This document shows, in pieces, positions 30,815 to 42,189 of a stretch of 64,000 nucleotides of DNA. Both the position numbers and the translations under genes were made by a program. Each line of letters opens with the position of its first letter. The first letter of the stretch is position 1. A model generated the notes under the pieces. It was not told where the DNA came from, did not search any database, and saw only the letters and a program-made list of their open reading frames with translations. Source of the stretch: Penicillus capitatus (taxonomy: Eukaryota > Plantae > Chlorophyta); the NCBI GenBank assembly GCA_965649825.1, contig OZ287695.1:1973288-2037287 (forward strand). Direction: 5' to 3'.

Positions 30815-32640
30815 TGTCGCCAAGATCTGGCTTGGCGATGTGACTGTTTCGTTTTTCTGAGTAAGCCTTTTTGCGTTCTGCGTTACGTGCGTGTGTAAGC
30901 GAAATCCATCCTGGATAACGACGAAGCGCAACCGTCTTCGCGTGCAGTTGTTCCGTACCCGCCTTTGTACCAAGACACGCCATATCTGTCGGCGCTAGCG
31001 TTCTTCAGACAAGCGGAACGTGGGAGCTCTGACGTGACCGAGTCCATTGCGCAGGACGGTACCCAAGTCGAAGACCGACTGGTCCATCTTGTGGAGGCAG
31101 GACCAACCGACGCAGAAGCCGACGAAGAAGCACCACGAAGGGAATTATCCCAAGAGCGACAAGTGGTTTCGGAGCGTTAATACGTTCCTCAGTTGGGGCT
31201 CCGTCTTCGTGACGTTGCGCGACTGCTCTGTGCATTGCGCTCTCCTAAGTGGAGAACGAGTCCTGTCTAGGCAACTAGACGCACCAAGGAAAGCCCCAGG
31301 GACGGCAGTTGAGGGACGAGTCAAGCACGAACAGAATGGACAATGGAGCGAGGTCGAGAGGAGTGTTATATCTACGAGACATACGAGAACGTCGCGAGCA
31401 TGCTCGCGCATATGGGTCAAGACGATGGCCTCAGCCCTAGCCTTGCGGGAACACCGGTGCTGGCAGGCTCGGTGCTGGCGGGCATCTGCAACGAGCAGCC
31501 TCATGTGCAGTATGTGGTGGCGCACGGGGATATAGCTGATTTCCTAAGTTATGTTTGTCCGCGACTGCAAGAAAGACGAGACCTGCTAGGGACGACGGGA
31601 CGGTTGCGCGAAGAACGAGAGCGGCTGCGCCAGCGGGTGGCGACCGTCGAGGCTGAAAAGGAACAGCTGCAACAGCAGCTGCGGCGTGAACAGCGAAGGG
31701 TATCCGAGGCAACGGCAGAAAACGATCGGCTGTCAGGCGACAACACGAAGCTGCGACATGACATTTCCAAGGCAGAACGAGGCATCGTCGAGGCACGACG
31801 AGAGGCAAACGAGGCACGCGTAGCAGCCTCCTCTCTACAGAAGAAGCTCGCAGAGACAGAGACGGCCTACGAAGAGGCCAAGAAACATTTTATTATGGCA
31901 CCTGATTTGGTGCCTTGTCTTCGGTCGCTGACCACAGAGGTGAAGGCACTACAGGAGGAAGTCCGGGCAAGTGGAGAAAAGACAACTGAAGCGGTGGTGA
32001 GGAGGCCACCAGATGAGCAACGGAATGGGAAGACTTTACGCCAGATGAGGAGAGTGCTGCACGACATCGGACGGTTCCCGCGACGGCGACGAAGGGCGAA
32101 GGCAGCCGACGCAGCAGATGATGGCAGGGGTGCCATCAGGCGCGGTCGGATTTGCTATAGCTGCCGCTGCAAGGGGCACCTGGCGAAGAACTGTCCGCGG
32201 GTGCGGACAGACACGGTTGCGTCAGCAGAGCCGACGGTATCGGATACGCAGTCGAGATCCGACGTGGCGGAAGAGTTGAATACAGCAACAGCGTACTCAG
32301 GGCTCAACATCTTGTCCTTTTTTCGGCGGAATTTCACCTCTGGTATCGACTGAATGTTAGTGAATTGTTTGTGGGGGCTTGCTTGAACTGTTTTCGGAGT
32401 TGGCGGGAAGCGTGGTGTCGGCAAGATTGCGATGTACTGATGCGACTGTCTTGGACAGGAGGGGTGCACCGTGCTTTGGGGCACTCGGGGTCTTGTCATT
32501 GGGGGGTTTGGGCCAGAAAGGGGCCTTGTTCTATGGTCCTGGAGCGGTGCTGAGTCACCTGCCCAGGCATGTCACGTCACCACATGGGTATTTGAATGGA
32601 CAATCCGCACCTGTTTTCACCTTGCTCCAAACATTTGTAA
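30815..32640 (+). mobile_element. Non-autonomous or deleted LTR element: LTR-PBS-gag-PPT-like, no pol
   Basis: TGTCGC...GCGACA (30815-31161), AG spacer, PBS TGGTTTCGGAGCG (31164-31176), gag ORF, then TTCGGAGTTGGCGGGAAGCGTGG resembling 18541-18563. Confidence 0.6.
31343..32353 (+). CDS. Gag-like protein: coiled coil + CCHC zinc knuckle (336 aa)
   Basis: Long E/R/Q heptad-like stretch; CYSCRCKGHLAKNC. Confidence 0.75.
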   Translation: MERGREECYIYETYENVASMLAHMGQDDGLSPSLAGTPVLAGSVLAGICNEQPHVQYVVAHGDIADFLSYVCPRLQERRDLLGTTGRLREERERLRQRVATVEAEKEQLQQQLRREQRRVSEATAENDRLSGDNTKLRHDISKAERGIVEARREANEARVAASSLQKKLAETETAYEEAKKHFIMAPDLVPCLRSLTTEVKALQEEVRASGEKTTEAVVRRPPDEQRNGKTLRQMRRVLHDIGRFPRRRRRAKAADAADDGRGAIRRGRICYSCRCKGHLAKNCPRVRTDTVASAEPTVSDTQSRSDVAEELNTATAYSGLNILSFFRRNFTSGID

Positions 32641-35049
32641 TTTAAGTCTTCCGCTGAATCTTTCGTCCGGCCCGATCGCCGACATTCGGTACATTCGATG
32701 GTTCAGAGGAAGGGGAGACAGGAAAGAACTGGCCATTCTGTCTGCACACGATAACGTGAAATCGTCGTCTTTTGTCCGTCACTCATCTATCACTCACTCC
32801 ATTGATGCGACTGATGCCATTCGCATAGACCTGGGATTCCTGCTGATTTCACTTGGCAATCGATCTGAGATATAGTGTATGGCGATCGGACAAAGATACG
32901 CTTAACAGTTACAAAGGCTAAATAGCTTCTTCGGAGAGGCAGTCTGTCCATTCATTCACATCCATGTCTTGTTCTTCTGACATCGCCAGTTCTCTAAGTG
33001 CGACAGATAGACTTCACATACGACAGTGCAATTGGCAGGATCGCGAGGGTTCGTTAGGGAACTTGTTCTGTGTGAACCCGTTCTCTGTCGGTTTCGAAAC
33101 GCAAATGCATCTCCGTCGTCCTCCCTTCCTCGAACAATGTTTCGAAAGACATTTGGCCGAGTCGGGATTTATGATCGGCGAATCTTCCAGAGAAGTAGCC
33201 ATAGCTTTTAGCAGTGCTGCACGTTCTTGTCGACGGATGTGTATACCTTGTGCGACGAGTTGTCGTTCCGTGCGAAAGCAAGATGTACATATAGTTCGTT
33301 CTTCATCGAAGGGCGATGAGTAAAAAGACCTCTCTCTCGAACTGCATCGAATCCAGGGTATAGTCCTAGTGCTCCCAGAGAAAGCACACTGCATGATGCC
33401 AAGCGTTAATAACACGAGAAAGCATCCCCACCTGTCAAGATGATAGCGTCCGGAAGCGGACAGTACGTGTGAGATGCTGAAGAATCTTCCGTGAGTGAGC
33501 GGTGTTGTCAAAACAGCCGCGGCAACGAAAAGCAATCCAAAACCAGTGCCTCCTCGTCGAAGCTGTAGTCGTTGGCAGCAGCAAACTTCGATGCGGGTAG
33601 ACCTGGGCGTACGTCGAGTTCTCCCAGGCAGCCTCTTCCTCGCAAAAGGGCGGAGAATGTACAGAAGAAAGCCTTCGTTGAATACGCCTTCCTGTGCAGC
33701 GTCCTCTCGCGATGGCTGCCGGTCCGAGAACTGCAACGTCGACTGCCGACGACAGCAGACTCCGTTTGTCCTCTTCGCCGTCGCCGCACGCATCCTATCG
33801 GCCGGAGATAGACGTCCGGCCGCTCTTAGCTGCGATCTTTACTTGATCGCGATCGTCAACGCCGTCTGTCATACGGCGGGCATCCGACGTACTTCTCTCG
33901 CAGAACCATCACGGCGAGATCCGAATTCCTCGACACTCTGTTCTACAAACTCCGCCCCATCTCTACAGTTTTGGGCAAATGCGAGTCGTCGATGGCTTAG
34001 CAGACAGAAAAGGTCGCGCAGCCGATGCAAAAAAGCGACCGACTTCATTGGCCGGAGCGAACAGCGACTTCCGACACACTCGACGCCGCGCGAACGCGAA
34101 CTGAAACCGCGGCTCCATGGCCGTCTGGTTGTCGCAGAAGGTCGGCCGTTCTGTTCAGCCTGTCATGTTCGAGAGAGTTAGGGCAACCGACAACTCCAGA
34201 ACCGATTCGCGTTACACCGTCACAAGCGCTCTCTCGACGGCGTTCGCGACGGAAACGTCCGAAACAGACTGCCGCCTCGACGTAGAGTCCTTGCCGCTTC
34301 CGCCAAGAAGAACGCCTGTCTCGTCTCTCTGCTCAGGCGACGCCGAACTGGCTCGCGCGGTTCGCTGTTCGCGGATTTGCGTCGGAACGGCTGCGGGAAA
34401 CGCATGCGAGTTACACCTAGAGGCAAATATTCTGACAAACTGTGGACAGCTTCACCTGTAAAACACATTGCAAAGCTTCTGAAAACGCTCTCCCGTTCGC
34501 GTCTCGCGTCCCGACGACAGCATTCTGCTCTTCTGGCATCCTGGCGGCCAGTCTTCTGTCCGGCAACGCATGCAGGCGCCGCCAAACGGTCTCTGTTCCG
34601 ATCCTCCGCTCGCCAGCCGCGGAGCACAACCGAGGCGGCCTATAAAGGTCCTGTCGGAGGTCCTTCCGCACTCGAGTTTCCGAGTTCTTGCGGTTTGCTT
34701 TCTCTGAGCATTTCGACGGCAACGGCGACGACTACAGCGACGATGGCAGACTCACACATGGTCACGGAGGACGACTATGGATACCCAGGAAGACCGTGAG
34801 TCCTGCCGTCATGCTTGACGCGCCACGCGCCGCAGAACTCTTTCGTCGGCCGCACGGACACGCTTTCCATGCAATGCATGCGTCCGGCCTGCGACCCTTG
34901 GGTCCGCCCTACGTGATCCCGAAAACCCGGCTGCTGTTCTGTTCTTCAGGTTTCTGCGCTTTTTGGACTGTCTTCTCTGGCCGATATCGGCAATGCTACT
35001 CACAACATTAACGTTCTGTGTGTGGCCTAGGTTTGCACAGGTTTCGCTC

Positions 35050-35290
35050 CCGGAGGTCCTGGGAAACAGACCTCCCAGGGCCTTCCGCAACATGGAGCCG
35101 GGCGAGCGTGAGCAGTTGTTTGGGCCTTTAAGGCCCAAACAACTGCTCAGAGGGGCGTCGAGCTGCAGCGGCAGCAGGCCCCTCCTGTTCGGTTTGGACC
35201 TCAGCGGGTCCAAACCGAACAGCCTCGCCGAGGACGGCGAGCCAGGGTTCTCTCTTCTTCCGAGAGGAGAGAGCGCCTGGCTCAGGACCA
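35050..35290. other. Cluster of 5-6 adjacent hairpins
   Basis: 19-bp perfect stem 35109-35127/35131-35149; 16-bp perfect stem 35185-35200/35207-35222; 7-bp stems; branched stem 35151-35183. Confidence 0.85.
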
Positions 35291-35369
35291 GCCTGGCATG
35301 GACATGGGGGTCGGAGAGGTAAGATCTTCTCCAGCCAGAATCACCATCTATTGATGTTTGTGTTCGCAG

Positions 35370-36215
35370 GCACACGAACAGCCTACTCCGTGCAATCCGC
35401 CCCCTTGTCCTCCTCAGCCGTCCCAGCCACCTGTCACTCCTCCTCCGCCTTCCCAGGCGCCTCGGCAGCCACCGGCATCCTCCCAGCCGCCTCCTCCGCA
35501 GCCTACGATCTCACAGCCGCCTCCTCCGCAGCCTACGATCTCACAGCCGCCTCCGCAGCCACCGGCATCCTCCCAGCATCCTCCGCAGCGTCAACAGCCT
35601 CCGGCCTCTCCTCAGCCGTCTCAGCATCCTGTGTCCCTCCATGCCTCCATGGAATGGCACCCCTGTCCTCCTCCACAGCAGACCGTATCCCCTCCCACTT
35701 CCCAGCCGGACATGACCATGCCCCATCCCCCACACCAAAATCTCCATTCTCCTCTCTTCCCGCCTCGCCCGCAGGTTTTCTGCATCCCTGCGTCCCCTCC
35801 ACCTGTCATCAAACAACGCCCCTTCCTGTTCTCTGTCCCCGCTTGTCCGCCTCCCTTTCCGGCCCCAACCTCATTGTTTTCTCTAACCTGCCCACCTCCC
35901 ATTCCCCCAAGGCCCTTTATCTTTTCTGTGCGTCCACCCGGTATCCCACCCCGTCCTTACTTCCTCTCTGGCGAGTGCATTCCTCTGGGTACTGCCATCC
36001 CGGAGCGTCTGTTTTTTCTCTCGGGCGAATGCGTAAGTCAATTATCTTTCCTACTCTCTTCCATGGTTGTTTTTCTTGTAGATTGCCATCCAGAATTGGT
36101 CACAATGAGTGACCTGGTCCATTCCTCTGCCGAAGCTGTTTTAGAGGCAGAAAAAAGTAAAAAGAAAACAAAAATTTTTCGTTTTTCACACAAGTCACAC
36201 TTTCTTTATGTGTGA
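35370..36215 (+). CDS. Possible Pro/Gln/Ser-rich low-complexity exon
   Basis: Preceded by a 51-nt GTAAGA...TTCGCAG intron-like segment (35319-35369); internal PPPQP repeats; product unknown. Confidence 0.3.
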   Translation, partial: AHEQPTPCNPPPCPPQPSQPPVTPPPPSQAPRQPPASSQPPPPQPTISQPPPPQPTISQPPPQPPASSQHPPQRQQPPASPQPSQHPVSLHASMEWHPCPPPQQTVSPPTSQPDMTMPHPPHQNLHSPLFPPRPQVFCIPASPPPVIKQRPFLFSVPACPPPFPAPTSLFSLTCPPPIPPRPFIFSVRPPGIPPRPYFLSGECIPLGTAIPERLFFLSGECVSQLSFLLSSMVVFLVDCHPELVTMSDLVHSSAEAVLEAEKSKKKTKIFRFSHKSHFLYV

Positions 36216-36392
36216 CATTTTTTACAAAAAAAAAATAAAAAAATAAAAAAAAAATAATGATGTCACACTCTGGAAAGTGTGACATAAAAATCAAAAAAAA
36301 AACAAATAGTTTCATGGGGCTGTTTTCTCTTTATGCTGTTTTCCGGCCATCAACCTTCGCTTTGTTGTGATTGGCCGTGTTTTTTGACTATT

Positions 36393-36725
36393 TTGCTGCC
36401 CGGAGGCTGGCTACCATGTTTTCTGGATTATCTTGCTGCCCGGAGGCTGGCTACCATGTTTTCTGGATTATCTTGCTGCCCGGAGGCTGGCTACCATGTT
36501 TTCTGGATTATCTTGCTGCCCGGAGGCTGGCCACACTGTCCTACTCTCTGTTGCTGCGTGGAGGCTGCATGCATTGTCCTACCCTATCTTGCTGCCTGGA
36601 GGCTGGCTGCCATGTTTTCTGGATTGTTCTGCTGCGTGGAGGCTGCATGCATTGTCCTACTCGATCTTGCTGCCTGGAGGCTGCATGCATTGTCCGATCT
36701 GCCGTTTTTTACCTGGAGGCTGCCG
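36393..36725. repeat. ~40-bp minisatellite (3 perfect units, then diverged units)
   Basis: TTGCTGCCCGGAGGCTGGCTACCATGTTTTCTGGATTATC at 36393, 36433, 36473; core TGCTGCNNGGAGGCTG persists in later units. Confidence 0.92.
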
Positions 36726-39439
36726 TGTTCAACTTGCACGTGCTGCTACAAGACATTCCTTTTCTCTGCTCGATGTTCCGTTGCGAGGCAAGGCCAGTGG
36801 AATGTTGCATCCGGAAGTCTGCACTAACGAATTGCTTCTTGGATCGTTGAATGGATGACATGAAGAGAGTGAGTCACTCTTTGTTGGTTATTCAAATTCC
36901 TAACTCCTCTGTCGTTCCAGTGTGCTCATGAGAAGCAAACCAGTTTGCCATGACTCAGTCCAATTGGAAGCCAAGAACCATTCACCCTTCGGATTCTTGC
37001 GGGAATTCGGACTTCTTTCTGAGCTGTCGACGAATTGACAGCGGCAGAATCAGTGGCTGCAAGCATTCAGTGTGACAGAGACAGCACATCGACTGCACAA
37101 TCTGTCGAGAGAATGTCAAGCCTCACCCTGGCCAGCATCGAAGAGACATGATCTTTGCAACAAGGACCCTGTTCTGCTGTCACAGTCTGCTGTCAAAGCG
37201 ATCCCAGTGTAGAATCATTCAACGCGTCTTGAAGGTAAGAATTGCCGTTCTCTCCATGTGATCATGCCAAACCGTTCACAGATGGTACCAAGTGACAGAG
37301 GAAGGAGTTCAAGGCATTGCAGATGAAGCACTTTTTACATCATCGTGTTCTGTCAACAAAAATTCTAGACCATGAAGGTAAAGGAAGTCAAGATCCCTGC
37401 TCTGAAACAGCTTGGATCGTTCTTTGCTTCTCCAGGATACGAAAATGAAAACAGATCTGCCGCAAATGCGATTGAGATGGATCAGGAGCAGACAGTCCTA
37501 GAGTTTGAAGATTCAGGACGATGCAAGGAAGCTGCATTTGAAGCATCGAACTCAGTCTCTTGGACGACATGGACACCTGGTGCACTGGCGACAAGCTGCA
37601 TCGCTTGTGAGAGTCGTCACGCATCCTTCAAAGAGGAAGCACTTCTTCGGCTTGAAGATGTCCCAGTCTAGCATCTGAGGTGAATTGAATGCGCATCCAG
37701 AGAAGTCTGTTGAGAATTGCCACGAACCTCGATGCAGTAAGTAAGGTCAATGAAACAACTTTCGCTGCAAATGCAGATCCACAGGGCTGTGAAAGAAGGA
37801 AGGTTGTGGCAAGAAGATGAAATCTCTTCCAAGAAAAGAGGTTCCTCACGCACTGCAGCTGGGCAAATCGCGGGGTCCACTTTCCGATGAAAAGTCAAGA
37901 ATCGTCTCTGGAAATTCCCGGCGATCTGAACCTGTGGAAAGAAGCCAGCAGAATGCATGTGTTGCCTGCGAATGCACAACCCACGACTGATTGCACTATC
38001 ATTCACGTTCGAGGTCAGACTTACTTGTGCTCACGATGCCCATGCGATCGTGATCCGCAGACAGGCAGAAAACAGATGCATCCTGGTGGACACTGGTGGC
38101 CAGTCGACTGAAAGACGGACTGTCACCGCAGAGTCAGAATGTCTTCCTCCAAGCCACGGAAGACCGTGGACCCAATCACATTGTCTGGCGAACCCAAGGC
38201 TTCTTCACCACGTGCATCACTCAGTACCCGATTCCAAGAAAGAGTGCCACCCCAGTGAAGCAGTCAGTGACCGCGAGCAGTGCTGGACTGGAACTGCTGG
38301 GTCGATCACATGTCGCTCTTCTTTCTCTCGGCAGCGGAGAGCGACAATCACCCCTCGAATATTCAAGCGTCACGTTAGTCCGTTTTGTGCACTCTTTCAC
38401 GCTGGACACTCTCATTGTCCATGCAGAGACGAGACGAAGCAGTCTCTGCCGATAGAGTGTGTCCTGGACGACATCGACCGAGGAAGAGGCCGAAGGCGGA
38501 CGGGGATCCCTATCGAGCAAGGAGGGACCGAGCACCTCTGCATGCGTAGAGCTTCTCCGCATGTTCGAGACTGTACAACATCTTGAGTGTGAAGTGAGTG
38601 ACAGATCCATGATCTGAACCGATCTCTCTCACCTGATCAGTGACGGATGAGTGACATCGTGTCGAAACACTGGTTGAACGCAAGGAAGAATCGCCGGGAT
38701 AAAAACGACGGAGCCCGGCCTACAGACTCCTTTCTCATGCTCGAGTACGCATTACTGCTGATTTTGCTGTGGCTAGACTTCCCTCCTAGGATGGAGCATG
38801 GGATCATCATCATGAACTCGACAGAGACAGAGACACTCTTCCATCTTCCACAAGGGGGATCGAGCAGACGGACGAGGCCTGGACTCGACTGCCCGGCCAG
38901 ATAGTCCCGGAAGAACACGAGCATGTCAGAGTGCCAGACCGGAGAGAGAAGTCAGCAGGAGAGTTCACTGCTGGAGGATTGGTTCATTGGAACGTGCTCT
39001 TCAATGGGCACCATGCCTTACATTGCTTTGCATGTGCTGTTCCAGAAACTCTCTTCTCTGTCGAGCATTTCGTTCCAGGTGATGCCTCATCGAGAGGACA
39101 GCTCAAGGTTGTTCACCCTGACGACCGCATAGATGAAGATCAGTCCTGGACTTCCGTTTGACATATGCACCGTTAGTTGCTCTTTGACGATTGATGAAAT
39201 CCCAAGCACCTGTGTGGTTCTAGAATAGCCGAGATGGAGACAGCTTGGCACAAACCCAGTCGAACTGGAAGCGAAGATCCCTTGGAGAAGTCATGAGAGT
39301 TCAGAGTTCAGAGTTCAGGCCGTGCTGGATGACAACGAATGAGCAGCATGGAATCCGCCTCAGCCAACTACAGATGGGCGATCAGGCAGAAGCATCCGCG
39401 ACACACGCCGAAGGAAGAGTACAAGGGCCGGTGACTTGA

Positions 39440-40200
39440 CATTGGCGAAGAAACCTTCATTCAATCACGATTCCTGCTCTGGCGCACACGCAACCTTCGC
39501 TGTCGAAGCGATTGAAGCATTGAGCCAGTCATCATATCCTCAAGGTAAGCCCTACTCGGCTTTACAAACAGTCATGATCAAGTCCATGCAGAGATTGCGC
39601 CACCGACAAGACAACATTGCGATTTTGCAGTACAGGGCGAGCGATAAACCGGTGGGATTTGGTCGCCAGCCAATGCGTATCGCCACAAGAAATCAAGATG
39701 TCCGATAAGAATGCCTTTATTTTCTGGAGAGACACGACAGTCCTTCCAGGATGAAACTGGATAACCTCAAGGCCTCAATCCATTCAGTAAGGTGCATGGA
39801 GACGCCGTCCTTCCGAAGTAGCCGATGAAGCCCTCGAATGACACCGACCGGACTCGTCCCACTGCGGATACATTGTGTTGTCTCCTCCAGAATAGAGAGA
39901 CAGGCGAAGGATGGAGCCTCTCTGCAATCCGGAGACGCTGCAGTTGTTCAGAATCCCTTCTGTTGACCCAGACAGCCCACATCAAAAAGCCAGGAGAACT
40001 GCGTCTAAGAAGACCCGGTCTTAGAGATAGCATTTCTGCATCTGCAGCTGGAGTCTTGAAAACGACTTCCCTGTTGAACTGACATCCTCGAGCCTCTTGA
40101 GAGACAGATGCCTTTGAGGAGAAGGCAGAACTTTGATCCAGACAAGAGTCCATCGAGATCGAAGCGAGGCGAATCGTCGTGATGATGCTCTAATGCAGAT
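39440..40200 (+). pseudogene. Possible highly decayed non-LTR RT remnant
   Basis: Faint ordered motifs NIAIL...PMRIATRNQDV (cf. RPIxLxNxDxK), RPGLRDSIS (cf. GLRQGDxLS), RRDDAL (cf. YADD). Confidence 0.2.
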
Positions 40201-42189
40201 CCGCCAACGGTCCCTGGAATGTCACGTTCTCTGGGCCACCACTACCAAGACAAACCGAGAGAACATACGGCAACCAAGCCACCCATTCGCTCTTCCAGCC
40301 CCGTGGAGACCGGAATGAGATCGAGCTTGGGGTGGGCCACGGTGTCCATGTGATCATGTTCTCCAGGCAGCAGATGCAATCGTGTCTGTCGAAGCATGCT
40401 GGAGCTCGTTCAACTGGAAGGGCGGGACGCGTCGCAATACAGCCTGAGGGTCTCCTCCAGCTGTCAACGCACTGCGGACAGAATCACAGTCTGTGTTGCA
40501 ATTGCAGGACTTTTCTCTCTGACAGGGATTCTACTGGAAAGAGGGATAGCAGTCAAACAAAGCAACTGCGAATGACACACAGTCATGGACTGAGAGTATG
40601 CAACCGACAATACTCTGGTCTCCCGTCGGAGCAAGAACCTCCACTTGAGGGATGCGACTGACAGGTTAGTCCATCCACTGACACTCTTTTGCATCCAAAC
40701 GGCCTTTCAGTCTATCCATAGACAAGCTTGAGAAGAGTCTGCTGGTGAAGCGTTCAGTGGAAACGCGGCTGGCTGAAGCTCCTTGGCCAAGCATACAGCC
40801 AGCCGACCAGCCACAGTCTCGAGCACTCTTCTCTGGACCTTCCTCTACACACACCAAGGCAAAAACTGCCATGAACTCTGAATCTGATAGAGACAGTGAT
40901 CTGCGTCATTCGCCGCAGAAGCCTGTGAACAAACCCACTGACAAGAGTGAGATCACCCGCCTCCGTTCTGAGTGAGATATCTGATTGACTTATAGATCTA
41001 GGATAGCTACCTTGCAAAGCGCTTAGAGAAGCCGGCGTTTCAGTCAACAGCATGAAACATGGAGAAGCATGACTCCGAGACATCCAGGGCACCGAGATCA
41101 CTGCATCCATCAGCTGCAACAACATCACTTCCACACCCCGAGGCAGCGGCGTCGCACCACCCCTCGCGGCACCACCGGGTAGGGCCTTGACGACCTGCCC
41201 GCCTTTCGGGGTCGCGCACATGAGGCAGGCGGGTGTGGACTGCCGACGAAAGGGGGTAGGCGTGAATCTCAGACACCCAGGACCGTCTTTTCTTTCAGTT
41301 TTCTTAGTATATCTCCTTCCTCCTGGGTGTCTCTTGTGTTCTCCCCTGCTTTCTGTGCCAGTGTCTTTTTTTGTTTCCCTCTGTTTGTTGCTTACCTGTT
41401 TCTTCTGTGTTTTATTTACATTTTGACTTTTTTCTTCTTTGTTTGTCTGTGTGCACTTCTTCAACTGTAATTGTTGTTTTTTCTTACTGTAGCTGTTTAT
41501 GCGCTGCGTTTTGAAATTCGCCTTTTCCTCTTCTAGTGTGACTCTGTTACCTCCTGTTGTGCATGTTTTGCTTATTTTTCTGCATGCAAAGTGTTGTTTC
41601 CTGTGTTGTTTTCTTTTCACCTATCTGTTCTTTCATGTCATTTTGGTCCCACCTGCATGTCCGCGCTGCGCGCCGTCTCATTGAGATTCGCGACCTTCCT
41701 CCGACTAGTTGACCATCAGTTGCATCGCGTGCTCCTCGCGCACCTTGATCGGATCTGGTGTCAGTGCTCGTTCAGGGTAACAACCTCCCGCGCCGCACTG
41801 TGAGGCGCCGCTCGCCGACCGTAAGTCCCTCTAGCGCACATTCACAGTCTCTCACTCTTGCTTTGCAGACTATGTGGCGGGGTGGGCAACTCCTCTCTTG
41901 TGGGCATCACCATTCTCACAGTTTCTGACAAGACATCACTCTTTTCTAAAGAGTGACATTTGCAAGCATTATCTCAACAGTTGATCACTATTTCTGTTTC
42001 ACCTTGTGCGTGAGAAGAGAAGATTTAGAGTTTTAAACACTCAGTTGACGATACCTGAACCTAATTCTAAGTACTACAGACAACTGCATGACATCATCGT
42101 ATGCGTTCGCGATTCATCGAAAGAAAACGGCAAAATATTACATCTGTTGACTCTCGTTTATCAAACAAAGAAGCGAGTGATCCATAAGT

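Noticed and set aside
30807-30817. GTGTTCGGTGT shared between the monomer and the LTR edge
   Set aside because: An 11-nt match of this kind is expected by chance in 64 kb
36393-36725. Constant core plus variable tails as a CRISPR array
   Set aside because: The tails are themselves repeated and the first units are identical, so it is a minisatellite
40754-41620. 288-aa K/Q/T-rich minus-strand ORF
   Set aside because: Antisense of T-rich low-complexity DNA; no domain signal
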